Below, in pieces: positions 27,277 to 37,001 of a stretch of DNA of 64,000 nt. The stretch is taken from positions 11,134 through 75,133 of the forward strand of contig JAGVWK010000001.1 of NCBI GenBank assembly GCA_018304295.1, given 5' to 3'. Each line of letters begins with the position of its first letter. The first letter of the stretch is position 1. Below the pieces are notes generated by a model. It saw only the letters and a program-made list of their open reading frames with translations, was not told the DNA's origin and did no database searches. Made by a program: the position numbers and the translations under genes. The DNA comes from Candidatus Micrarchaeota archaeon (GTDB lineage: Archaea > Micrarchaeota > Micrarchaeia > Anstonellales > Anstonellaceae).

Positions 27277-28920
27277 TTAATTGCCAGAAGGTTCTGGGCG
27301 GCTGGTGAATACGCCAAAGCCAAGTTCAATGGTTATCTGTTTTAATTCGCCCCACGAGTGCATTGACACGATGCCCAAGGCCGCTTTATTAAGCCTTTCA
27401 TTGACTTTTCTAAGCTGCATTTCCTCTGCCTTTGTGGATATTGCCTGCCCTTGTTTCATGCCTTGCGCCTTTTTGAGCTTAATTGCGTCCTCCAGCACTG
27501 CGGCGCATATGAGGTCTTCATAAAAATAGGACAGCAGCCTATTCGTGGAGGTGAAAAGTTCAAGGGCTTTTCCATGGGGCGCATTGAATCTTGTGTCAAT
27601 TTGCCCGGTGTAAAGGGAGCGGATGAAATCCTCTGCCCAAGGTTCAATCTGCGGCATAGGCTTATAGAAAAGGTCAGGGTCAGTGATGCCTGCTTTTTTG
27701 GCAATCTCTGCTGCGCGATTGTGGAAAAATTCCTCTTGCTCAAAATCAAGCCCCATGCGGACTTGTTTCAGCCAAACTTCAACTTGGTCGGAATGTTTTT
27801 CGATGAGATTGCGGGCTGAACGCCTTTCTTGCATGCTGTTTTGGTAATTTACTATATGATCCACCAGTATTATGTTGCATAAGGTTGTGAGTGCAAGAAA
27901 CTCTTTTCCCATGCGCGCAACTGGCTTGATTTTTATCTTGGGGTCGTTTATTTCGCCAGCCGCTATGCCGCGCTTTAGTATTGTTTCATCTCTTTCAGCC
28001 GCTTCGGCATTCTTTGGCTCAAGCTCTTTTATTTCAAGCACGGGGGTGCTTGCAAGGGCAGTGCTTATGTCGTTCGCGAAATATGCGGCTATCAGCGCAA
28101 TTTCAGGCTTTATGGACAGTCGTTCTCCGGATCCGCCATGCTTGCCTTGGGCTTCCTCTTGCCCTCGGGCTGCGTGCCCGCCTAAAATCATTGAGATTGA
28201 ACGCATTACTGTTTGGCGCACTGTAACGTAAAGCCCGTATGCCTCCGAGAATTTTTTCTCGCCGATTTCACGGATGAGGGGCGCGAAGTCCCACAATGCA
28301 AGCGCCACCCCGTCTTTGTCCCTTGGAGCGATTACGCGCCCTGCCAGCCAGCCGTCTCTTATGTGCTGCAGCGATATTTTTGGGCCACCATGAGCTTCAA
28401 GAGTGGATTGTATGCATTGTGCAGCACCGGTTTTCTGATCTTCGCTAAGATTGCCAAAAGCGGCAGTGCCAGTCAACGTAGCCAACGGAATTTGGCTGCC
28501 TGTTGGCATCCATTTATCTGCAGTGGCACGCAGCCCGTCCCACAATGCTGTTAAAAAATACGTGGAAAATGAGCCATCTTCCTGCCTGCTGAAAAGCACA
28601 GGGGCGGTTGAGGCATACCTGTTGCTTTGCACCAATACGCGTTCAACTTGTTCAATCGTTACGCCTGGAATGCCTTTTTTTTCAAAAAGCACTTCTTCAC
28701 CTTTGGTTAGGGAAGAAACAGTTTTGCGCGCAAATTCTTCGCCCAGCCGCACATAAACGAGCGCTCCTTCGGTCAAAACGGATGTTCCAAAAATGGTTCT
28801 CACAAGATAGCTTTTTTGTTCGTTGATAGGCTGGCTGCCATGCACCCTGTTCTGCGCTTTATTATGAGGTTGCTGGTGGCGGCGCTGAGGAGGTTGTGCG
28901 TTCATGCAATGTTTATGCAA
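27277..28920 (-). CDS. Hypothetical 547-aa protein with His/Gln-rich N-terminus (no family recognised)
   Basis: Long uninterrupted ORF with no P-loop and no TM segments. Two Rx4-6H strings (RSARNLIEKH, RFNAPH) could be chance. Divergent from the next gene across an 85-nt AT-rich spacer. Confidence 0.55.
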   Translation of the reverse strand: MHKHCMNAQPPQRRHQQPHNKAQNRVHGSQPINEQKSYLVRTIFGTSVLTEGALVYVRLGEEFARKTVSSLTKGEEVLFEKKGIPGVTIEQVERVLVQSNRYASTAPVLFSRQEDGSFSTYFLTALWDGLRATADKWMPTGSQIPLATLTGTAAFGNLSEDQKTGAAQCIQSTLEAHGGPKISLQHIRDGWLAGRVIAPRDKDGVALALWDFAPLIREIGEKKFSEAYGLYVTVRQTVMRSISMILGGHAARGQEEAQGKHGGSGERLSIKPEIALIAAYFANDISTALASTPVLEIKELEPKNAEAAERDETILKRGIAAGEINDPKIKIKPVARMGKEFLALTTLCNIILVDHIVNYQNSMQERRSARNLIEKHSDQVEVWLKQVRMGLDFEQEEFFHNRAAEIAKKAGITDPDLFYKPMPQIEPWAEDFIRSLYTGQIDTRFNAPHGKALELFTSTNRLLSYFYEDLICAAVLEDAIKLKKAQGMKQGQAISTKAEEMQLRKVNERLNKAALGIVSMHSWGELKQITIELGFGVFTSRPEPSGN

Positions 28921-29005
28921 AAAAGAGTATATAATTGTTGTGGTAGTTGGTTAATTAGTGGCATAAAAACATAAGTTTTTATACTGTGGTTAATAAAAAA
29001 TATAT
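28921..29005. promoter_or_regulatory. AT-rich divergent promoter region shared by two uncharacterised genes
   Basis: An 85-nt spacer of under 30% GC with TATA-like TTTTTATACT and TAAAAAATATATA tracts facing both ways. Confidence 0.4.
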
Positions 29006-30103
29006 ATGTTTAATCAGAAAAGCACAAGCACTGGTTGCGGCCCAAGCGCGCGGATGTCGGGGGGTGTTGGACAGCCGGACGGGTTGCGCGAGCCTTTGAT
29101 GGGGGGAAACAGCCATGCACAATTGCGCTCTAGGATATTTGAAATTTTAAGGCTTGATGAATCCATTAAGCACGCGCTTAGCATCCCTCTTATTGATAAC
29201 TGCGGCGGTGGATATGAACATGGAGGGAAAAGGATGGAATGGCGCTCAAGGCAGCAGGCAGTGCGCATGTATGGAAACAAACTCAGGGAGATTATAAGCC
29301 TCGCTAGCCTGCTGCATGTGGGGCTTATTGAAGCCATGGAAACCAGCGTTGGACATAAAGAACAGGAAATTGAAAGGCTGAAAGACGCTATCCAAAGTTT
29401 AAGAAAGGCAAGCTACGTGATAGAAACAGGATTCCTTGATTTTATTCCGGATGAAAACAAAGCAGGCAAACGTGATTGGGCATCGGAAGAGCAAAGGGCG
29501 TTTGTGCTTGCCACGGTTGCGATGTCAAAGGAATTCGAGCTGGAGGCTGCAAAAGAAATATTGGGTTTCTATACGTTGGTATACGAAAACGTTGCGAAGC
29601 TGGCGCAAAAGGCAGGCTCATTCAATGAGTTGCTGCACCTTGTACACAGGTTCGTAACGGAAAGCCTTCCAATGATGGCTGGCAAGAGCCTGTGGAAATG
29701 CATTGACGGAAAAGGCGGAGCTTTCTCCATGGGGGTTGAAACTGCGGAATTCCGGGAAACGCTTCTTGAGATATCAAATATAACTGCCAGTTTTTATGAT
29801 GGGGAAATAACGGGCGGAGCGGTGTGGGGGATAGAAAGCACTGACATGGGCAACCCTGCTCTTACAATCCAGGTGCGCGATGTCGGGCATGCGCTTTCAA
29901 TAATAATCACGAAACAGCCTGATGGGGGTTTCTTTGTCAACTACACCATACCAAAACCCTATGAAAGAAGACACGTGGAAGATTTGGAAGGCTTTGAGCA
30001 TTACGAGGATGTTCTGGCTGCCGGGGCGTTCATGGTTGCGCCAAATGAAAGCCTTGCGCAAAGAATGGCTGGATTTGTTGCAAAGGTTCCTGCGCTGGGT
30101 TAG
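29006..30103 (+). CDS. Hypothetical 365-aa soluble protein (no family recognised)
   Basis: Long ORF with genome-typical codon usage and no recognisable motifs. Confidence 0.55.
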   Translation: MFNQKSTSTGCGPSARMSGGVGQPDGLREPLMGGNSHAQLRSRIFEILRLDESIKHALSIPLIDNCGGGYEHGGKRMEWRSRQQAVRMYGNKLREIISLASLLHVGLIEAMETSVGHKEQEIERLKDAIQSLRKASYVIETGFLDFIPDENKAGKRDWASEEQRAFVLATVAMSKEFELEAAKEILGFYTLVYENVAKLAQKAGSFNELLHLVHRFVTESLPMMAGKSLWKCIDGKGGAFSMGVETAEFRETLLEISNITASFYDGEITGGAVWGIESTDMGNPALTIQVRDVGHALSIIITKQPDGGFFVNYTIPKPYERRHVEDLEGFEHYEDVLAAGAFMVAPNESLAQRMAGFVAKVPALG

Positions 30104-30108
30104 GCAGC

Positions 30109-31032
30109 TTAATCCAGCTTTTCCACCAATTTGCAGCACGCGCATATTTTGGAGTTGGTGGGCTCGCCGCATTTTTCGCAGTATTTGAGCCGCTCTTTGG
30201 GAGGAGGCGGCTTTGCGATTTTCTTTATTTCAAGGAAGCTGTTTAGGATGCGGAACTTTGTGCCGGGGTATTTTTCCTCCATTTCGTTCAGCTGTGCACG
30301 CACTGTCTGGCGCATTGCAGTATAAGCATAAGGGCATTCTTGGAATTTTATAGGTATTCCCTTCAGGATTGCGTAAAGCCCTATTTCCCGCTCGGGTATG
30401 CGCATGAGCGGCTTTATGCGCGGCACAAACCCTTCGTCCTCTATTATGCCGGCTACCCCTCCAAAGCGCAGCAGGCGCATGGGCTCGTTGCGCATTATGT
30501 TCATAAGAACGGTTTGGGAAACATCATCCAAATTGTGCCCGATTGCAAGCTTTTGCACCCCAAGCTCTTTGCACGCCTTGTTGAGGAGGTGGCGGCGGAA
30601 CACGCCGCAATACGAGCATGCTGCTTCTTGGGGCTTGCCTTTCATTACGGAATCCATTGAATATCCATACACGCTTGCAAACGAATACGTTTTGTGCATA
30701 ATCCCGAGTTTTTTTGCCTCTTGGCGCGCAATTTTGACTGTTGGAGGGCGGTATCCCTTTATCCCTTCATCAATAGTGATTGCAACAAGGCGCAGCGGAA
30801 GGCTTTTTGAAAGGGAGTGCATGAGATGCAAAAGAACGCTGCTGTCCTTGCCCCCTGAAAGCCCGATGCCCACAAGCTCGCCTTTTTTCAGCATGGAAAA
30901 CTCGCGCACGGTGCGGCGGAAGCGCTTTTCAACGTATTCGCAAAAATGCTTTTTGCACATGCAACTGTTCGCATACGCAAGCGTAACAACCGCCTCGCTT
31001 TTGCAAAAAGAACAAAAAATGCCGCCATCCAT
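30109..31032 (-). CDS. ttuA: tRNA 2-thiolation PP-loop ATPase (TtuA/Ncs6 family)
   Basis: SGGKDS PP-loop. N-terminal CxxC...CxxH and C-terminal CEKCG...CACC zinc fingers, typical of TtuA. Confidence 0.8.
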   Translation of the reverse strand: MDGGIFCSFCKSEAVVTLAYANSCMCKKHFCEYVEKRFRRTVREFSMLKKGELVGIGLSGGKDSSVLLHLMHSLSKSLPLRLVAITIDEGIKGYRPPTVKIARQEAKKLGIMHKTYSFASVYGYSMDSVMKGKPQEAACSYCGVFRRHLLNKACKELGVQKLAIGHNLDDVSQTVLMNIMRNEPMRLLRFGGVAGIIEDEGFVPRIKPLMRIPEREIGLYAILKGIPIKFQECPYAYTAMRQTVRAQLNEMEEKYPGTKFRILNSFLEIKKIAKPPPPKERLKYCEKCGEPTNSKICACCKLVEKLD

Positions 31033-31038
31033 TGAAAT

Positions 31039-31227
31039 TTACCCGCCGAATACTATTGTGATTACGTCCACTTTATCCTTTGCGCCTATTTTGCGCCCGT
31101 CCGCAGCAGGCTTGCCGTTCACTTTCACTATGCACTCCTCGCGCGAAAGCGAAAGTTTTTTCACAAGCTGCGCGCACGTGATGCCGCTTGTCATTTTCCT
31201 TTTCTTGCCGTTTACCATAAGGGCCAT
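31039..31227 (-). CDS. ThiS/MoaD-like ubiquitin-fold sulfur carrier (TtuB-like) ending in Gly-Gly
   Basis: A 62-aa beta-grasp-like sequence, MALMVNGKK...VKVNGKP...VDVITIVFGG, with a C-terminal GG. Sits 6 nt upstream of ttuA on the same strand. Confidence 0.65.
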   Translation of the reverse strand: MALMVNGKKRKMTSGITCAQLVKKLSLSREECIVKVNGKPAADGRKIGAKDKVDVITIVFGG

Positions 31228-31289
31228 AAAACCACCAGGCGCAAAAATGTGCAAGTAACTTTATAAAAAGCCGATTGTAAAAAACGCAC

Positions 31290-33311
31290 ATGGATGCAAA
31301 GGCTGCATTTTTCATAAAGGCTGCATTTTTCATTCTTGCGCTTGCAGGCATTGCACTTGCGCAAGCAGAGGGGGAGCTTGTGCCAAACCTTGTGCAAAGC
31401 GCCCTTGTTGCAATTGAGCAGTCAGGAAATGTGCGCTCATACGGGGGCAGCATGCTGGATTTGGAGGTAAACGTGAGCATCCCATTAAGCAGCGAAAGCC
31501 AGCAAACGGAAATACTGGAAACAGGGAGCGGCGGCACATATTCAATTGCAACAAGCAGCGAAGGCAGTTCATATATGATAATTGATGCGCACAGGCCCAT
31601 AGGCACGCTTTTTTCCTATGAGATAACCTCAAGGGTTCAAACGCAGGCAGGCAGCGTGGAATCGCTTCCGATGTCTTTTGCAATACCTGCAAACGCGTCC
31701 GGATACCTGCAAAGCAGCGAAAAAACGCAGAGCGCAAGCCCGCAGATAAGGGCGCAAGCGCTGCAAATAACCGCAAACTCAACATCCGCCTTTGAAAAGG
31801 CTGCCAAATTGGCCGCATGGGTGAACCATTATGTTGAATACGACGCTTCCTATGTCGGGCAGAAAAAAGACGCCCTTAGCGTGCTTTCGGAGAAAAGGGG
31901 CGTGTGCGCGGAGTATGCCACATTGTTTGTTGCGCTTGCGCGCGCAAGCGGCATTCCTGCGCGTTACGTCGGAGGGTACGTGTATTCAGGGGCGCTTGAG
32001 GGATGGGCAGGGCATTTGTGGGCAGAGGCTTACATTGGCAAATGGGTGCAGTTTGACCCGACATGGCTGCAAGGCGGCAACGTTGATGCGCTGCACGTGG
32101 TTACTTTCCGCTCATCCCAAGTGCAGGGAGGCGTGAGTGCGGGTGCGACCGTGTATTCACAATCCACGGAGATAGAAGTGGTGAGCAACGACCAAAGCGG
32201 CTCAATGATGAGCGGGGCGCAACTGCAAAACATGCAAAGCGCTCCTGCGCGCGAAGATTATTCGTTCTTTGCAGCGCACCCAAGCATGGGAGAAAACGAC
32301 AGGACGCTGCTTGTGCTTGGGATTAATGCAAGCGATTACAGCATAATGCCAATTGAAATAGCACCATGCAGCGGCCAAGATGTGATTTCAGTCGGGGATA
32401 CTTACAGGGATTTGATAGTGCAGCCCGGGCAGCACTATCTTGTATGGGAAGTGCAAACAGGGGACGTTGAACCCAACATGATTTATACGTGCCCGATTCT
32501 GGTTTCTTCCCCTTACCTTGAAAGCAAAAGCGTGCAGGTGCGCATTTCAAGCTCGGAAAAGAAAAAAAGAGAGCTTGGGATAACGCTTCAAAAACAGCGG
32601 GTGCAGTTTGGGCAGGCGCAGGAGGTGTATGTGCAAACACCCCTTGCGGCTGAAAGCGTTGTGCACCTTGTTACGCCCGAAGGAGTCCTATCTGAAAATG
32701 CAACTGGCGGGTATGCGGCATTTGAATACGTGCCAACGCGGCTTGGGCAAAATGAAATTTACGCATTCAGCAACAGCGGGGTGGCGGATGCGGCTTTTGA
32801 CGTTGTGCAGCAAGAGGGGGAAATTTCAATTGATGCCCGGTTCCCGCAGCAAATATATCAGGGAGAAGAGGCGCAATTGCAAATATACATAAATACCGGC
32901 TTGCAGGCGCCCTCAGACGCGCTCGTGCATGCAAGGCTTGGAAACAAGGGCGCAAATGCGTCCGCGGTTGTGCAGGGCAATGCAACAGTGTTGATATCCA
33001 TAATGGCGCAGCAGTATGGAAAAGTGCCCCTTGAAATAACGGTGCAAATCGGGGGGCAAACGCACACAAAAACTTATTTGCTTGACGTGATAAAAACCGC
33101 AGAAGGTGAGGGAAGCGGAGCAGGAACAATTATTGGAGAGGATGGCAGCGGCGCAAACGCCACAATTGGGGAAGGCGCAAGCGGGAGTGCCCAAGGCAAC
33201 GCAACTGCAGTGGGCAGCAATGCAGGCAGGGAGGCGCAGCCTTTGTGCGCAACAACGGTTATATCCATGAGCGCCCTAATATTTGCAATTGGATTTTATC
33301 GGGGAAAATAA
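31290..33311 (+). CDS. Secreted transglutaminase-like domain protein with C-terminal membrane anchor
   Basis: N-terminal signal/TM. GVCAEYATLFVALARASGIPARYVGGY transglutaminase-like Cys core with downstream His/Asp. Many N-glycosylation sequons. Gly/Ser-rich linker followed by a C-terminal hydrophobic helix and a YRGK tail. Confidence 0.7.
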   Translation: MDAKAAFFIKAAFFILALAGIALAQAEGELVPNLVQSALVAIEQSGNVRSYGGSMLDLEVNVSIPLSSESQQTEILETGSGGTYSIATSSEGSSYMIIDAHRPIGTLFSYEITSRVQTQAGSVESLPMSFAIPANASGYLQSSEKTQSASPQIRAQALQITANSTSAFEKAAKLAAWVNHYVEYDASYVGQKKDALSVLSEKRGVCAEYATLFVALARASGIPARYVGGYVYSGALEGWAGHLWAEAYIGKWVQFDPTWLQGGNVDALHVVTFRSSQVQGGVSAGATVYSQSTEIEVVSNDQSGSMMSGAQLQNMQSAPAREDYSFFAAHPSMGENDRTLLVLGINASDYSIMPIEIAPCSGQDVISVGDTYRDLIVQPGQHYLVWEVQTGDVEPNMIYTCPILVSSPYLESKSVQVRISSSEKKKRELGITLQKQRVQFGQAQEVYVQTPLAAESVVHLVTPEGVLSENATGGYAAFEYVPTRLGQNEIYAFSNSGVADAAFDVVQQEGEISIDARFPQQIYQGEEAQLQIYINTGLQAPSDALVHARLGNKGANASAVVQGNATVLISIMAQQYGKVPLEITVQIGGQTHTKTYLLDVIKTAEGEGSGAGTIIGEDGSGANATIGEGASGSAQGNATAVGSNAGREAQPLCATTVISMSALIFAIGFYRGK

Positions 33312-33312
33312 A

Positions 33313-34146
33313 ATGAACATATTTTTCGTTGGAACAGGGGGAGGGAGGGTAAACCTAATAGCGCAGCTTCGCTCAACCGGGGGGTTTATGCTCAATGGGA
33401 GCCTGAAAGTTTATGTTGACCCAGGGCCCGGCGCGCTTTATGGAAGCAAGCAGCACAAAATAGACCTGTCAAAAATAGACATTCTCGTGGTAACGCACAA
33501 CCACATAGACCATTACAACGATGCGGAAGTGCTCATGGAGGCAATGAGTGGGTATGCGCTGCAAAAGAAAGGGGTGCTTGTGGCAAGCAAAAGCGTTCTT
33601 GAGGGCGGGGGCAAATATGATTTGTCCATCTCACGCTACCATCAGGAAAAAATGCAGCAGGTAATAACGGGCGTTGCAGGGCAGCGCAACAGCGTTTTGT
33701 GCAACGGGAAAAGCGCGGCATTTTCCTTCACTCCTGTAAGGCACGATGATGAAACAGGCTTTGGGTTTGTGCTTTCAATGGACGGCCAAAAGATAGGCTA
33801 CACAAGCGACGGGGAATATTTTGAGGGGCTGGGAGAGTATTTTAAGGGATGCGACTACTTAATAGTGAACAACCTTAAGGCAGAGGAGGACTGCATACCC
33901 GACCACATGGATTCGGGAGGTGCTATAAAGCTGCTTAAGGAGGCACAGCCAAAAACCGCGATAATATCGCATTTTGGGATGAAGCTCATAAGCAGCATGC
34001 CCGAACTTGAGGCGCAGAAAATTTCAGCCAAAAGCGGCGTGAAAACAATTGCGGCGCGCGACGGGATGGCTGTGGGCGGAGGAGAAGGCATGGAAAGCAA
34101 AAAATCCCTGCTTGATTATGTAAAGGACGAGGATGAGGTTTTCTGA
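33313..34146 (+). CDS. Metallo-beta-lactamase fold hydrolase
   Basis: VTHNHIDHYND HxHxDH motif. Start trimmed to MNIFFVGTGGG. Confidence 0.75.
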   Translation: MNIFFVGTGGGRVNLIAQLRSTGGFMLNGSLKVYVDPGPGALYGSKQHKIDLSKIDILVVTHNHIDHYNDAEVLMEAMSGYALQKKGVLVASKSVLEGGGKYDLSISRYHQEKMQQVITGVAGQRNSVLCNGKSAAFSFTPVRHDDETGFGFVLSMDGQKIGYTSDGEYFEGLGEYFKGCDYLIVNNLKAEEDCIPDHMDSGGAIKLLKEAQPKTAIISHFGMKLISSMPELEAQKISAKSGVKTIAARDGMAVGGGEGMESKKSLLDYVKDEDEVF

Positions 34147-34163
34147 AAGGGCAAATCGGGCAG

Positions 34164-36560
34164 ATGAAATGGCGGTGCATTGGCATGATATGCGACAAAT
34201 TCAACAAGAGTGTGGAAGCAAAGTGGCAGCAATACTGGGAAGAAAATTCAATTTACGCTTTTGACTGTGAGGATAAGAAGCGCCCGGTATACTCAATAGA
34301 CACGCCACCGCCTTTCACAAGCGGGGACTTGCACATGGGGCACGTGCTCTCCTATTCCTATTTTGATTTTGTCGCACGCTACAAGCGCATGCGCGGCTTT
34401 AATGTATATTACCCTCAGGGGTGGGACTGCCAAGGCTTTCCAACAGAAGTGAAGGTGGAGCAAAAATATGGCAGGAAGCCGCCAGAGGAATTCCGAAAAT
34501 TGTGCATTGAATGGACTGAAAGCTGCATTTTGAGGATGAAGCAGCAGATGCGCACAATGGGATTTTCCCCTGACTGGAAATACGAGTACAAGACAATGTC
34601 GGGCGATTACCACATGAGGGTGCAGCATTCTCTCATAAAGATGTTTGAGCAGGGGCTTGTGTATAATGCAGAGCACCCGGTATTCTGGTGCCCAAACTGC
34701 GCCTCCGCGCTTGCAAAAACCGACACGGACGAGATTGAGCGCGACACTTTCCTGAATTTCCTTGTTTTCAGCTGCGAGGGAGAAAGCCTGCAAATCGCAA
34801 CAACGCGCCCGGAGTATTTGCATGCGTGCGTTGCTGTCCTCTTTAACCCCTCTGATGAGAGATACAAAAAATTTGAGGGGAAGATGATAAGCACGCCCCT
34901 AGGCAAAGAAGTGAAAATGCTTGCGGACAAGGACGTGGAAAAGGATTTTGGAACAGGGCTTATGATGCTGTGCACGTTTGGGGACAGGCAGGACGTCGTG
35001 GGAATGTACAGGCACAACCTCTCCCCAATACGCGCGATGGACAGCGCTGGAAGGCTTGCAAATGCCGGCGAGTTTGACGGGCTGAAAGCCGAAGAGGCGC
35101 GCAGGAAAATATTGGAGAGGCTGAAGGAAAAAGGGCTTCTTGCAAAGCAGGAGCGCCTTAAGCAGGCGGTAAAGGTGCATGACAGGTGCAAAAAGCCAAT
35201 TGAGCTGCTCCTATCGCGCCAGTGGTTTGCAAAGATAAAGGGCAAATCAGGCGAGATAGTGGGCGCTGCAAAAAAAATGCGCTGGGTGCCGGGGTTCGCA
35301 ATACAATACCTTGAGGACTGGGCAAATTTCGTGGAATGGGACTGGGTTATTTCCCGCCAGAGGGTGTTTGGAACGCCCCTTCCGTTTTGGACTTGCAAAA
35401 AGTGCGATATTGCATACCCCGCGCGCTACAATGAGCTGCCCGTGAACCCCTCTGCAATGGAAAAAAGGGAGTGCCCCAAGTGCAAAGGCTGGCTTGAGGG
35501 GGAAAAAAGCACGTGCGACTGCTGGGTGGACTCAAGCATAACGCCCCTTGTGATAGGCCGCTGGCCTGAGAATGGGGAATTTTTTGCAAAGGTTTATCCG
35601 TCCTCTTTGCGCCCCCAAGGAGTGGAAATTGTGCGCACTTGGGCGTTTTACACGATATATAGGTGCCTGATGCTTACTGGCAAGCCCTGCTTTAAGGAGC
35701 TTCTCCTTAACGGAAACGTGCTTGCGCCTGATGGGAAAAAGATGAGCAAGTCCCTTGGCAACATTGTTGCGCCTGACAAGCTTATTGAGGAGTATTCTGC
35801 CGATGCGGTAAGGCAGTGGGCTGCGCTTTCAGGCGCAATGGCAAAAGACAGGCCGTTCTCATATCAGGATATCGCGTATGCAAAGAGCTTCCTTACAAAG
35901 CTCCTTAACGCTTCAAAGCTTGTGGAAAAGTCAATTGAGGGGTATGAGCCTAATGAAGCGGACAGGCGGCATTTGCGCGAAACCGACAAATGGATTCTCT
36001 CGCGCACAAATGCAATTGTCGCGTCCGCAACCAAAAAATTTGAGGATTTTGAGTTCCATTTCCTTGTAAAGGAAGTGCAGGACTTTTTCTGGCACGAGTT
36101 TTGCGACTTTTACCTTGAGTATGCAAAGCACCGCATTTACCAGCCGGAAGTTTATGGCACTGAAAGCAAAAGGGCGGCGCAATACGCGCTTTGGCATTGC
36201 CTTCTTGCAATTGTGAAAGTGCTTGCGCCCATAACCCCGCACGCAAGCGAGGAGATATATCAGATGTTTGCGGGCAGGGGTGGCAATGGCGCAAAAAGCG
36301 TGCACCTTTCTCTCTGGCCGGATGCGGATGCCTCGCTTGAAAGCAAAAAAAGCGAGGAGATTTGCAAATGCCTCAATGATGCGATTGCAATAGTGCGCCA
36401 GCACAAGGCTGCAGGCAAGCTGCCCCTTAATGCGCAGCTTGAGTCCGTGCGCATAAGTGCGCATGTTTCCCTCCAAAGTGTTGTTGAGGAAATAAAGGCA
36501 ACAGGAAAAATAGGGCAGGTACACCTTGAGGAAGGGGAATTCAAAGTGGTAGTCGCATGA
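34164..36560 (+). CDS. valS: Valyl-tRNA synthetase (class I)
   Basis: HMGHVLSY HIGH-type motif, KMSKSLGN KMSKS motif and a CP1 editing domain. Length 798 aa. The LeuRS paralog elsewhere in the window has distinct motifs. Confidence 0.8.
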   Translation: MKWRCIGMICDKFNKSVEAKWQQYWEENSIYAFDCEDKKRPVYSIDTPPPFTSGDLHMGHVLSYSYFDFVARYKRMRGFNVYYPQGWDCQGFPTEVKVEQKYGRKPPEEFRKLCIEWTESCILRMKQQMRTMGFSPDWKYEYKTMSGDYHMRVQHSLIKMFEQGLVYNAEHPVFWCPNCASALAKTDTDEIERDTFLNFLVFSCEGESLQIATTRPEYLHACVAVLFNPSDERYKKFEGKMISTPLGKEVKMLADKDVEKDFGTGLMMLCTFGDRQDVVGMYRHNLSPIRAMDSAGRLANAGEFDGLKAEEARRKILERLKEKGLLAKQERLKQAVKVHDRCKKPIELLLSRQWFAKIKGKSGEIVGAAKKMRWVPGFAIQYLEDWANFVEWDWVISRQRVFGTPLPFWTCKKCDIAYPARYNELPVNPSAMEKRECPKCKGWLEGEKSTCDCWVDSSITPLVIGRWPENGEFFAKVYPSSLRPQGVEIVRTWAFYTIYRCLMLTGKPCFKELLLNGNVLAPDGKKMSKSLGNIVAPDKLIEEYSADAVRQWAALSGAMAKDRPFSYQDIAYAKSFLTKLLNASKLVEKSIEGYEPNEADRRHLRETDKWILSRTNAIVASATKKFEDFEFHFLVKEVQDFFWHEFCDFYLEYAKHRIYQPEVYGTESKRAAQYALWHCLLAIVKVLAPITPHASEEIYQMFAGRGGNGAKSVHLSLWPDADASLESKKSEEICKCLNDAIAIVRQHKAAGKLPLNAQLESVRISAHVSLQSVVEEIKATGKIGQVHLEEGEFKVVVA

Positions 36561-36943
36561 AACAAAAAAAGAAAATAACAAAGGGCAGGGCAAAGCGTTC
36601 TGCCTTGAGGGCAAAACTGCCCCCTCCGCCAATACCGCCCCATGCAAGGATGGAGTTTGGGGAGGTGGGGCTTATGGGGGAAGCCGCAAGCCCGCATTTT
36701 TCCAGCCCGCCCGAAAGCGAGGGCAGCATAATGCTAAGGCAGGTTATGCAAAGGGGCCAGCCGCGTTGGAAAAACGTTGCAAAAGCTGCCGCTTTTTCCA
36801 TTTTGTGCGGCATTGTTGCAGGCACAATTGCGTTTTATGCGCTCTTGGCGCTTGGGATTGCAGGCTTTTCCCTTTATGCGGGCGCATTCGTTGCTTTTGC
36901 AATAAGCACAGTGGTTGCATTCGGGGGCAGCGGCGCATGCTAA
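36557..36943 (+). CDS. Hypothetical small membrane protein with basic/Pro-rich N-terminal tail
   Basis: A 128-aa ORF overlapping the valS stop by 4 nt, with KQKKKITKGRAKR...PPPPIPP followed by two TM helices. Confidence 0.35.
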   Translation: MKQKKKITKGRAKRSALRAKLPPPPIPPHARMEFGEVGLMGEAASPHFSSPPESEGSIMLRQVMQRGQPRWKNVAKAAAFSILCGIVAGTIAFYALLALGIAGFSLYAGAFVAFAISTVVAFGGSGAC

Positions 36944-37001
36944 GCGGTTGCGCATGGGCGGCAAGCGCATGCAAAAAAAATTGGCGCACAATGGGGATTG
37001 C

